Shown here in pieces: positions 20,515 to 29,348 of a stretch of DNA of 64,000 bases. The stretch comes from a bacterium. GTDB lineage: Bacteria; Patescibacteriota; Patescibacteriia; S139-126. Numbering within the stretch: position 1 is the stretch's first letter; each line of letters opens with the position of its first letter. The position numbers and the translations under genes were made by a program. The DNA is taken from positions 19,873 to 83,872 of the forward strand of contig DAOUWZ010000003.1 of the NCBI GenBank assembly GCA_030666865.1, written 5' to 3'. Below the pieces are notes generated by a model. The model saw only the letters and a program-made list of their open reading frames with translations. It was not told the DNA's origin and did not search any database.

Positions 20515-20766
20515 ATGATTACTAAAGATTTTTTTCATCACCTTACCAAAACAATTGATTCAGTTTTTTGGGGATTATTTCTACAGGGTGTTACTTTGCT
20601 CGTGCTAGCGATTTTGATTTTTATTTTTCCCGATGCTTTGACAATACTAGCAGTTTTATTTTTTTTATGGCTGGCTTTTATTTCTTTGTTTTTAGCTTTT
20701 AAAGTTTGGATTTCAAAACGAAAATATCATAAGTATTGGGAATGGTTAGAAAAAGGAAAGGAGTAG
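20515..20766 (+). CDS. Small two-TM membrane protein
   Basis: Two hydrophobic helices; 1 bp from the next gene. Confidence 0.65.
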   Translation: MITKDFFHHLTKTIDSVFWGLFLQGVTLLVLAILIFIFPDALTILAVLFFLWLAFISLFLAFKVWISKRKYHKYWEWLEKGKE

Positions 20767-20767
20767 C

Positions 20768-21553
20768 ATGGACAAAAAAATAGTTTTTGATTTAGAAACA
20801 AAAAAAACATTTGATGAAGTAGGTGGGTATACCAATAACCACCTTTTAGGCGTAACAGTCTGCGGAGTTTATGAATATGTTACGGGTAAATATCGGGCTT
20901 ATAAGGAGTCAGAACTTGGTGAAATGGAAAAATTATTTTCCCAAGCAGATTTATTGATTGGGTTTAATTCCAAAAGTTTTGATAATGTAGTCTTGCAGCC
21001 ATATTTTACCAACCTAGATTTAAGCGGAGTGCCTCATCTTGATATTTTGGAAGAAACAGTCAAGGTTTTGGGGCACAGATTAAAATTGGAAAGCGTTGCT
21101 CAAAGTACATTATATGAAGGAAAGTCAGGCAGCGGACTTGACGCTATCAGATATTATCGTGAAGGAGATTGGGATAGTTTGATAAAATATTGTTTGGATG
21201 ATGTCAGAGTGACTAAAGAGGTGTATGAATATGGTTTGCGGCATGGAAGGTTGTGGTATCAGAATAGCGGGCAATTAACCCCTTATGAAATTTCTTGGGG
21301 CACAAGACCGACCATCATTGAACAACTAGCTCACGCTTTGGAAAGACATCAGCAGATAAAAATTGTTTATATTAAAATTGGTTCAACTGGCACTAGTAGA
21401 GAAGAAAGGATTATAGATTTGCGCGCAATGGATGAAATTAAATTTAGGGCTTATGACCATACTTTAAAAGAAGAAAGGATTTTTACTATTGCTAAAGTGT
21501 TTGATGTTGAATTGGTGGGAGAAATGGATTCTTATCAGCCATCGTTGGTATAG
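20768..21553 (+). CDS. RNase H-like (DEDD/YprB-type) 3'-5' exonuclease fused to a C-terminal WYL domain
   Basis: VFDLETK, GFNSKSFD, YCLDDV; C-terminal QIKIVY...ERIIDL...RAYDHTLKEERIFTIAKV. Confidence 0.8.
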   Translation: MDKKIVFDLETKKTFDEVGGYTNNHLLGVTVCGVYEYVTGKYRAYKESELGEMEKLFSQADLLIGFNSKSFDNVVLQPYFTNLDLSGVPHLDILEETVKVLGHRLKLESVAQSTLYEGKSGSGLDAIRYYREGDWDSLIKYCLDDVRVTKEVYEYGLRHGRLWYQNSGQLTPYEISWGTRPTIIEQLAHALERHQQIKIVYIKIGSTGTSREERIIDLRAMDEIKFRAYDHTLKEERIFTIAKVFDVELVGEMDSYQPSLV

Positions 21554-21619
21554 ATTTATTGGTTGGAATTGTGTTTTGATTTATAATGTGGTAAATATAC
21601 ATTAGAATTAATATTTTTT

Positions 21620-22720
21620 ATGAGTAAAAAAATACGCGTCGGAATACTTTTTGGCGGGAAGTCAGCAGAACATGAAGTATCTTTGCAATCAGCCAAAAAT
21701 GTCATTAAGGCAATTAATAAAGAGAAATATGAAGTAGTACCGATCGGAATTGATAAACAAGGTAGGTGGTATTTTTATGGTGAAGCTGAATATTTGTTGA
21801 ATGTAGAGAATCCAAAATTGATAAAATTAAATAAATCAAATAAAGAAATAACAATCATCAGTAATGGTAAGGATGTTCAGTTGATTGATTTGGCTAATGG
21901 AAAGGAAATTACCGCTTTGGATGTGGTTTTCCCAGTTTTGCATGGTACTTATGGTGAGGATGGCACGATGCAGGGCTTATTAAAATTAGTTGGTATTCCG
22001 TTTGTTGGTCCGTCGGTCTTGGGGTCTGCTATATGTATGGATAAAGATGTTGCTAAAAGATTGATGACTAATGCTAATTTGTCAAATGCCAAATTCATCA
22101 CTATCAGAAAATTTGAATTTGATTTATTTGATTTTGCAGAAGTAGAAAATAAATTAGGCTTGCCAGTTTTCATCAAACCTGCGAGTCAAGGTTCTTCTGT
22201 GGGAATTCATAAAATAAAGAGTAAGGATGAATTTTATCAGGCAGTTGAAGATGCTTTTAAATATGACAATAAGATAATAATTGAAGAATATATAAAAGGT
22301 AGGGAAATAGAATGTGCTGTACTTGGTAATCACAACCCAAAGGCTTCTGTTCTTGGCGAAATAATATCGCATCATGAATTTTATTCATATGAAGCAAAGT
22401 ATATTGATGACAATGGCGCTGACCTGGAAATTCCAGCAAAAATTTCAGCCGATATTATTAAAAAAATACAGGGATTAGCGATTAAAGCGTTTAAAGTATT
22501 AGAATGCGAAGGCATGGCACGAATAGATTTTTTCTTAAAAGAAAATGGAAAAATTTTTATCAATGAGGTAAATACTATACCTGGTTTTACTAAAATCAGC
22601 ATGTATCCAAAATTATGGGAAAATTCTGGTTTATCTTATACAAGGTTGATTGGCGAATTAATCCAGCTAGCCATTGCCAGATTTGACGAAGAAAAAAAAT
22701 TGAAAATTAATTTTAATTAA
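21620..22720 (+). CDS. ddl: D-alanine--D-alanine ligase
   Basis: GGKSAEHEVS, HGTYGEDG, GSSVG, FYSYEAKY, NEVNTIPGFT. Confidence 0.96.
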   Translation: MSKKIRVGILFGGKSAEHEVSLQSAKNVIKAINKEKYEVVPIGIDKQGRWYFYGEAEYLLNVENPKLIKLNKSNKEITIISNGKDVQLIDLANGKEITALDVVFPVLHGTYGEDGTMQGLLKLVGIPFVGPSVLGSAICMDKDVAKRLMTNANLSNAKFITIRKFEFDLFDFAEVENKLGLPVFIKPASQGSSVGIHKIKSKDEFYQAVEDAFKYDNKIIIEEYIKGREIECAVLGNHNPKASVLGEIISHHEFYSYEAKYIDDNGADLEIPAKISADIIKKIQGLAIKAFKVLECEGMARIDFFLKENGKIFINEVNTIPGFTKISMYPKLWENSGLSYTRLIGELIQLAIARFDEEKKLKINFN

Positions 22721-22721
22721 T

Positions 22722-23210
22722 ATGGCTAAGTTAAAACAAATTATATTAGTTTTTTTACGCCTAGCTATTGGTTGGCTTTTTCTTTGGGGATTTTTGGATA
22801 AAACGTGGGGTTTAGGATTTCCGACAGATTCAGCCAAAGCTTGGCTTGTCGGCAATTCTCCTACTTATGGTTTTTTAAAGTTTGCTACTTATGGTCCTTT
22901 AGCTCCATATTTCCAAAATTTAGCAGGTCAAGCTTGGGTAGACTGGCTATTCATGATTGGTTTACTATTAATAGGCTTAGCTCTTATTTTAGGAATTGGT
23001 ATTAGAGTAGCTGGTGTTAGCGGAGCTTTAATGATGCTGTTTATGTATTTATCACTTTTTCCTCCGCAAGATAATCCAGCAATCAATCAACATATAATTT
23101 ATATTATTATACTTTTATATTTGCCATTAACCCGAGCTAATTATTATTATGGCATGGGTCAGTGGTGGGAAAATAGAAGTTTGGTTAAGAAATACAGGTG
23201 GTTGGTTTAG
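22722..23210 (+). CDS. DoxX/TQO-family membrane protein
   Basis: LRLAIGWLFLWGFLDK, four TM helices, NPAINQH. Confidence 0.8.
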   Translation: MAKLKQIILVFLRLAIGWLFLWGFLDKTWGLGFPTDSAKAWLVGNSPTYGFLKFATYGPLAPYFQNLAGQAWVDWLFMIGLLLIGLALILGIGIRVAGVSGALMMLFMYLSLFPPQDNPAINQHIIYIIILLYLPLTRANYYYGMGQWWENRSLVKKYRWLV

Positions 23211-23246
23211 TTATTCCATATAAATTTAATTAGTGAATGAATTTAA

Positions 23247-23302
23247 CTAGCTATTGCCAGATTTTACGAAGAAAAAAATAAAAATTAATTTTAATTAATA
23301 TG
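23247..23302 (+). repeat. Degenerate duplicate of the ddl 3' end (copy of 22667-22724)
   Basis: CTAGCTATTGCCAGATTTTACGAAGAAAAAAAT..AAAATTAATTTTAATTAATATG vs CTAGCCATTGCCAGATTTGACGAAGAAAAAAAATTGAAAATTAATTTTAATTAATATG. Confidence 0.85.
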
Positions 23303-23704
23303 CGAGCACGTAAATTTTATCAGGAGAGAGCTTTGAAACATTTAGTATCAATGCCATTTGTTTGGTCAGTTTTAGTGCCGCTTATTTTTCTTGATATAGT
23401 AGTTGAAGTTTATCATCATGTTTGTTTCTCTCTTTATGGTTTAGAAATAGTAGACCGGAAAAAATATATAAAAATAGATCGCCACAAATTAAAATATTTG
23501 AGTTTTCTTGAAAAAATATCATGTGCATATTGTGGTTATGCTAATGGATTAGCTGGATATACTAGTGAAATTGGCGCGCGAACCGAAGAATATTGGTGCG
23601 GAATCAAACATCAAAAGGATGCGAATTTTATTGAACCAGAACATCATCGTGAATTTGTAGAGTATGATGATGAGGAAGGATTTAATAAAAAATATAGTAA
23701 TTGA
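23300..23704 (+). CDS. Conserved-looking hypothetical membrane protein with Cys/His motif
   Basis: TM, then IDRHKL, CAYCGYANG, EEYWCGIKH. Confidence 0.75.
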   Translation: MRARKFYQERALKHLVSMPFVWSVLVPLIFLDIVVEVYHHVCFSLYGLEIVDRKKYIKIDRHKLKYLSFLEKISCAYCGYANGLAGYTSEIGARTEEYWCGIKHQKDANFIEPEHHREFVEYDDEEGFNKKYSN

Positions 23705-23805
23705 TTTTTATAGAGAATATATATTTTAGATAGAATAATTATTGAATAATAAAAAAATCCACTGTAAAGCGGATTTTTTATATACTAGCTACTAACTTCC
23801 ATATA

Positions 23806-25086
23806 CTATTTTATTGGGAATTGCTTAGCTAGTTCCAAAACTTCTGATTTAATGTCAGTTAATATTTTTTCGTCATCAATATTATCAAGTGCCTTAAAAA
23901 TCAGTTCACCAATAATTTTCATTTCATTTTTTTTCATCCCGCGAGAAGTAAGCGCTGGCGTACCCATACGAATGCCAGATGGATCAAATGGTTTGCGCGG
24001 ATCATGCGGGACTGTATTTTTATTGACAGTAATTCCAGCTTGGCCGAGAGCTTTTTCTGCTTGTTTGCCGGTGATACTTTTATTATTAAGATTGATTAAT
24101 AAAAGGTGAGTCTCAGTTCCACCAGTTACTAGTTCAAAACCATGTTTTAATAGCACTTCAGCTAAAGTTTTGGCATTTACCACAATTTGTTTAGCATATG
24201 TTTTAAATTCTGGGGTAGCTGCTTCTTTAAGAGCTATAGCAATGGCAGCGGTTTGGTGATTGTGAGGTCCGCCTTGGATTCCTGGAATAATAGCGCGGTC
24301 AATTAGGGTGGGAATATTTTCCTTACTTCGTTCTACTTTTTTCAAAGGAGTAGAAGCGTTGCCGTTAGCAAGAATAATAGCGCCCCTGGGTCCGCGTAGG
24401 GTTTTGTGAGTGGTGGTTGTCACAACATCCGCTATTCCGACCGGGTTTGGATGTACACCGCCAGCCACTAAGCCGGCGACATGGCTCATGTCTGCTAGAT
24501 GAAATGCACCTACTTCATCGGCAATGGCTTGATATTTTTCCCATTCGTAAATTTGTGCATAAGCGCTGCCGCCAGATACGATTAATTTTGGTTTATGTTC
24601 TAAAGCGAGTTTGTGCATCTCATTAATATCAATAAAACCATCTTCTCGGCAGCCATATTGGATACTATTATAAATAGTGCCGGAAAAATTTAATTTTAAT
24701 CCATGAGTCATATGCCCGCCATGAAAAAGATTAAGACCCATGACAGTATCGCATGGATCTATTAGCGCAAAATAAACAGCAAAATTAGCTGGACACCCAG
24801 AATGAGGTTGAACATTGGCATGATCAGCGCCGAATAATTTTTTTGCTCGGTCGCGGGCTATATTTTCTACTTGATCAACAATTTCGCATCCTCCATAATA
24901 GCGTTGTCCAGGGTAGCCTTCGGAATATTTGTCTGTCAGACGGGAACCCAAGGCTTCCAGTACTGCTTGAGAGGTATGGTTTTCTGATGGTATCATTTCC
25001 AAGCCGTCGTTTTGACGGGCGACTTCGGCTTGAATAAGCTTGTAAATTTCTGGATCCGTTTGTTTTAGATTGGAATTGTTATTCAT
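23806..25086 (-). CDS. glyA: Serine hydroxymethyltransferase
   Basis: PSEN, YSEGYPGQRYYGGC, TTTHKTLRGPRG, QGGP, SGIRMGTP. Confidence 0.97.
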   Translation of the reverse strand: MNNNSNLKQTDPEIYKLIQAEVARQNDGLEMIPSENHTSQAVLEALGSRLTDKYSEGYPGQRYYGGCEIVDQVENIARDRAKKLFGADHANVQPHSGCPANFAVYFALIDPCDTVMGLNLFHGGHMTHGLKLNFSGTIYNSIQYGCREDGFIDINEMHKLALEHKPKLIVSGGSAYAQIYEWEKYQAIADEVGAFHLADMSHVAGLVAGGVHPNPVGIADVVTTTTHKTLRGPRGAIILANGNASTPLKKVERSKENIPTLIDRAIIPGIQGGPHNHQTAAIAIALKEAATPEFKTYAKQIVVNAKTLAEVLLKHGFELVTGGTETHLLLINLNNKSITGKQAEKALGQAGITVNKNTVPHDPRKPFDPSGIRMGTPALTSRGMKKNEMKIIGELIFKALDNIDDEKILTDIKSEVLELAKQFPIK

Positions 25087-25118
25087 AAATAAAAGATTAA
25101 TAATATGTTTTTTAATAT

Positions 25119-25526
25119 TTATTTAATACTATCAAGAACAGATTGAATATTCGGGGCGCAACCCTCGGGTAAATCATCAAGCGGAAACCAATTCCAATCG
25201 TCAATATCTTCTCCCAGAGTTATGTCGCCAATTTTTTCAGCTAAATAATGAATCAATACTACATATTCGTTTTTATGATCAGGTCTTGGGATTATCATCG
25301 GCTTCAAAGGTTTGATAATTTTAATTTCAATCCCCATTTCTTCTTTTACTTCCCGCTTGGCAGTCTGTTCTAAAGCTTCACTCCAATCGTCAAAATCAAA
25401 TGATTCCAGTTTACCGCCAGGAAATTTCCATAAATTATTGTCACCATGCTGATTCAAAAGGACTTTATTATTTTCAATTATAACAGGCCCCGAGGCAATT
25501 ATTATTTTTGGGTTTGTATTAGTCAT
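25119..25526 (-). CDS. NUDIX hydrolase
   Basis: FPGGKLE...AKREVKEEMG. Confidence 0.85.
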   Translation of the reverse strand: MTNTNPKIIIASGPVIIENNKVLLNQHGDNNLWKFPGGKLESFDFDDWSEALEQTAKREVKEEMGIEIKIIKPLKPMIIPRPDHKNEYVVLIHYLAEKIGDITLGEDIDDWNWFPLDDLPEGCAPNIQSVLDSIK

Positions 25527-25562
25527 ATAATTAAATTAATATTATATACTTATTATATAACT

Positions 25563-27179
25563 TTATAATTTTTTAGTCATATAAGTGCTTTCAAGTTTAT
25601 ACCCGAGTTTTTTCCGGTAATATTCTCGGACGCCGATACCAGAGATTACTGCCATTTTTTTATATCCTTTTTGTTTGGCTATTTTTTCAGCTATTTTTAT
25701 TAATTTTTTTCCCAAACCTCGATGTTGCACTTTATTTTTAGTATCGGAATCATGTCTAACTAACTGTCCATAAACATGAAGTTCGCGGATAATAGCGGCG
25801 CTAGTTAATTCCGGAAATAAAACCTCGCTTTTTTTTGAGTTGAGCCTTAGGCGGACAAATCCAAGGATAATAGACCGATCTGGTGTTTCATAAGATATGA
25901 AATATTCTAGACCTTGCCCAGCTTGGTATTTATCAATAAATAATTTTGATTTGGCTAAATTAATTTTTTTATTGCGCGCTTCCCGGCAGCGAATACAATG
26001 ACATTTAATATTTCTTTTTTCCAATTCTTGCTGAAGCATTTCTCTTAAGTTGGTAATTTTGTTGCCAGCTTGAATACTTTCTTTTGGAAAATCTCTAATC
26101 AGTCTATTTATTCGGCAGTAATATGGCACTATTTGTTTTAGTTTAATGAGAAGGTCAAAAAGTTTTTTGGCAGAGTAAGGCTGATATTTGCCTGACTGCC
26201 ACCATTTGTGTAGCGGAGCGTATTCAGATACAATAGTCGGATAGATTTTTATTTGATCTGGTTTGAAGTCTTTGTCATTAAAAATTCTTTGCAGAGTCTT
26301 TTCATCTTTTAAGGGAGTAGCACCAGGTAGGTTTTGCATTATATGATGATCTATTTTAAAGCCATTATTCCGCAACCTGTTGGTAGCTAAAGCAGAATCT
26401 TCTATAGTGTGTCCGCGCTTAATTAGATCTAAGATTTTATTATCGAGTATTTGTATGCCAAGTTGAACCCGAGTGCATCCTAATTCGCGTAACCTAATAG
26501 TTTCCTTGATAGTTACCCAGTCAGGCCTTGTTTCCAAAGTAATGCCAATGATTCTATGTTTTGAAGTTTCATTTATTTTTTGAGCTTGTTTTAGTGAGTG
26601 TGATCGGTATTTTTTTGGGATTGATTTACCTGCATATTTGTAGATAAAATAGTTAGTAGCTTCAAAACATCTTTTTATAAACCATTGTTGGTAGTCCCAC
26701 TGGTAAGCTGACCAAGTTCCACCAAGAACCAAGAGTTCAATTTTATCTGGTTGGTGTCCATTGATATACAAAGCTCGCATCCGGTTATGAACTTGATTGA
26801 ATGGGTCAAATTTATTAGCGAGCGCGCGCATTGCTCCTGGTTCAGTAGATAGATAGCTTTTTGGCATACCTGGTTCCTTTGGGCAATAAATACATTTTCC
26901 CGGACAAGGATATGGCTTAGTCAGAACAGTGATTGGTGTTACTCCTGATAGTGTTCTCGTAGCTCTTACTTTCAATAAATTTTTAATATTTTGAATATTT
27001 TTTATTTTTTTATTTTGCACCATATCTTGATATACTATACGTAGTTCATTTTTTGGTTGCGGAGCTAGCTTGTGTTGGCTGGAAATAAGCCTGTTGATAC
27101 GCATAAAATCCTCACTACTGTCAGGTGATTTGGCGATTAATTTATATATAATTTTTTCTTGTATTTTTCTTTTTGTCAT
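25563..27179 (-). CDS. elp3: Elp3 tRNA U34 carboxymethylase (radical SAM + GNAT)
   Basis: RTLSGV, CPGKCIYCP, PKSYLSTEP, ETRPD, KIYPT, CHCIRCRE, IRELHVYG, QHRGLG, VISGIGVREYY. Confidence 0.95.
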   Translation of the reverse strand: MTKRKIQEKIIYKLIAKSPDSSEDFMRINRLISSQHKLAPQPKNELRIVYQDMVQNKKIKNIQNIKNLLKVRATRTLSGVTPITVLTKPYPCPGKCIYCPKEPGMPKSYLSTEPGAMRALANKFDPFNQVHNRMRALYINGHQPDKIELLVLGGTWSAYQWDYQQWFIKRCFEATNYFIYKYAGKSIPKKYRSHSLKQAQKINETSKHRIIGITLETRPDWVTIKETIRLRELGCTRVQLGIQILDNKILDLIKRGHTIEDSALATNRLRNNGFKIDHHIMQNLPGATPLKDEKTLQRIFNDKDFKPDQIKIYPTIVSEYAPLHKWWQSGKYQPYSAKKLFDLLIKLKQIVPYYCRINRLIRDFPKESIQAGNKITNLREMLQQELEKRNIKCHCIRCREARNKKINLAKSKLFIDKYQAGQGLEYFISYETPDRSIILGFVRLRLNSKKSEVLFPELTSAAIIRELHVYGQLVRHDSDTKNKVQHRGLGKKLIKIAEKIAKQKGYKKMAVISGIGVREYYRKKLGYKLESTYMTKKL

Positions 27180-27914
27180 ATGAATGAAAAAAAAGCTAAA
27201 AAATTAATAAAAAAAGTTCAGTTAGATTATGATAAGATTGCTGATCATTTTAGTAATACTAGAAAATATCTTTGGCCGGAAATGAAAGATTGGCAAGGCT
27301 ATGTAAAAAACGGTCAAAAGGTTTTAGATGCTGGTTGCGGTTCTGGTAGGTTGTTGGAACTTTTTAAAGATAACCAAATTGAATATGAAGGAATTGATAT
27401 TTCAGCCAAGCTCATCAATATTGCTAAAAGCGAACGTAGGCAGTATAACCAAAAAAACATACATTTTCAAGTAGGTAATCTTTTATTTTTGCCATATGAA
27501 AATAAAATTTTTGATTTGATTTTTTGTGTCTCAACCTTGCAACATATTCCTAGCAGGGAAAATCGTTTTTTAGTTTTGAAAGAAATATTAAGAGTATTGA
27601 AACCTGGTGGCCGTGTATTTTTTACAAATTGGTATTTTTGGAATAATTATACAAACAAAAAATATTTGATTAAAAAACAAACACTCGTTAATTGGATAAA
27701 AGGATTTGAAAAAGGAGATATATTTATTCCTTGGCGAAGCCCGAATGGTGATTTGGTAGTCAATAGATATTACCATGCTTTCAAAAAGCCAGAGATAAAA
27801 GAATTGTTTTCGAATCTCGGGTTTGTTTTGGAAAAAAATTATATTATTGATAGGGGTAATAGTAACAAGCAAGTAGAAAGTCTTGTTACTATAGTAAAAA
27901 AACCAAAACAATAA
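27180..27914 (+). CDS. Class I SAM methyltransferase, Trm9/ALKBH8-like
   Basis: YDKIADHFSNTRKYLW, LDAGCGSGR, LQHIPSRENR, RVLKPGG, DIFIPW, RYYHAF. Confidence 0.8.
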   Translation: MNEKKAKKLIKKVQLDYDKIADHFSNTRKYLWPEMKDWQGYVKNGQKVLDAGCGSGRLLELFKDNQIEYEGIDISAKLINIAKSERRQYNQKNIHFQVGNLLFLPYENKIFDLIFCVSTLQHIPSRENRFLVLKEILRVLKPGGRVFFTNWYFWNNYTNKKYLIKKQTLVNWIKGFEKGDIFIPWRSPNGDLVVNRYYHAFKKPEIKELFSNLGFVLEKNYIIDRGNSNKQVESLVTIVKKPKQ

Positions 27915-28008
27915 GGACAAAATAGTTTTCTGATTATCTCGATTTAATTATTTAAAAGTGGTAATCTACAAGTAGATAGGTGAGTAGATATTAATAATAA
28001 ATTAGATT

Positions 28009-28491
28009 ATGAGTTTAGATATTAAAGTTACTAGAAAGAAAAAAATTTCACCAGACCCGGAGCAGATAAAGGCTGATATTTCGGGGCGTTCTGGTTTTTC
28101 TTTACCGTCGTCAGAGAAGAAAGTAACAAATAATAATTCAAAAAATACTAAAAACATCAATAAAAAATATATTTGGTGGTTAATTTTTATTATTTTATTG
28201 GTTGTATTTGGATTATTAATAATGGTTATTGTTAAAGATTCTAGTTTACTAAAAAATGATAAAAAATATTCCGAAATAAAATTTTTATTAGAAAAGAGAG
28301 ATTCAGAGTCAGTTATTATTGAAGATAATGAAGTGTCATTAGTAGAAACAGAGCAAAATTTGACAGAAGAAATAGATTTAGATGTTTTGATTGAAGATTT
28401 AAATTCTCTTGATTTAGAATTGGAAGCTTTTGACCAATTCAATACAATTGAATTGGAATCAATGCAGAATATTTTATTAGAGCTAAAATAA
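28009..28491 (+). CDS. Single-TM hypothetical protein with acidic tail
   Basis: Central TM segment; D/E-rich C-terminus. Confidence 0.65.
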   Translation: MSLDIKVTRKKKISPDPEQIKADISGRSGFSLPSSEKKVTNNNSKNTKNINKKYIWWLIFIILLVVFGLLIMVIVKDSSLLKNDKKYSEIKFLLEKRDSESVIIEDNEVSLVETEQNLTEEIDLDVLIEDLNSLDLELEAFDQFNTIELESMQNILLELK

Positions 28492-28495
28492 TTAT

Positions 28496-29347
28496 ATGTT
28501 TAACAGAAAAATTTATTATTTACTTATAACATGTTTCATTTTAGCGCCAGTTATGACATTGGCTCAAGAAGTCGAGGGTGCTTCGTGGCAACAATCTTAT
28601 CTGATTTGGAAGAAAAGACAGCAAGAGGTTAGAGATTTTGTTGATGAAAAAAAAGGTTTAAGACGAAATGAAATAAATATTAAGACATTATTACTTCATT
28701 CAAAAACTACTGGCAGCATTTTGGAAACAGTTATTTTATTTTTAGAGAATATTAAAAATAAAATAAATTCCGCGGTCGCGGGATCACAGCTTGATAATGA
28801 AATGAAAAATAAATATATCAAAGATATTGACGATCTGACTAACAGTTTGAAAAGGTATGAAGTAAAGATTGTAAAATCTGATAATTTAGCTAGTTTACAA
28901 GAGACAATTTTTGAAATTCGTAAACAATGGTTTGAAATCCAAAGAGTTAGCCGGCAAGCGACTGGCAGGCTTAATGTAGTAAAATGGCAGAGTTTGCATG
29001 ATAGATTTTCTTCACATCTTGTTGGTGTTGAAGAAAAGATAGAATTACTTGACGAAGAACAATATGATAAAAACAAATTAGATGAAAGACTTTCTCAAGT
29101 CAGGGATTATTTAGATAAGTTTTCCAGAGAATTGATTATTGCCAAGCAAGTTTTTGACAGTACTATTACTGTCAATAATTCAGATCAGCTATATCAGGAA
29201 GGTATAAAATCTTTGCGGCAAATGAGTAGATATTTATTTTCAGTAAAAGATATTTTATTGGAAATTAATTCAATAATCAATCAAACAAAAAATATCGATA
29301 TAAATGGTGGTGAAGAACAATCTACTTCAACGCCGATTGCAAATTGA
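28496..29347 (+). CDS. Secreted helical/coiled-coil hypothetical protein
   Basis: Signal peptide (VMTLA|QE) followed by heptad-rich helices. Confidence 0.7.
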   Translation: MFNRKIYYLLITCFILAPVMTLAQEVEGASWQQSYLIWKKRQQEVRDFVDEKKGLRRNEINIKTLLLHSKTTGSILETVILFLENIKNKINSAVAGSQLDNEMKNKYIKDIDDLTNSLKRYEVKIVKSDNLASLQETIFEIRKQWFEIQRVSRQATGRLNVVKWQSLHDRFSSHLVGVEEKIELLDEEQYDKNKLDERLSQVRDYLDKFSRELIIAKQVFDSTITVNNSDQLYQEGIKSLRQMSRYLFSVKDILLEINSIINQTKNIDINGGEEQSTSTPIAN

Positions 29348-29348
29348 T

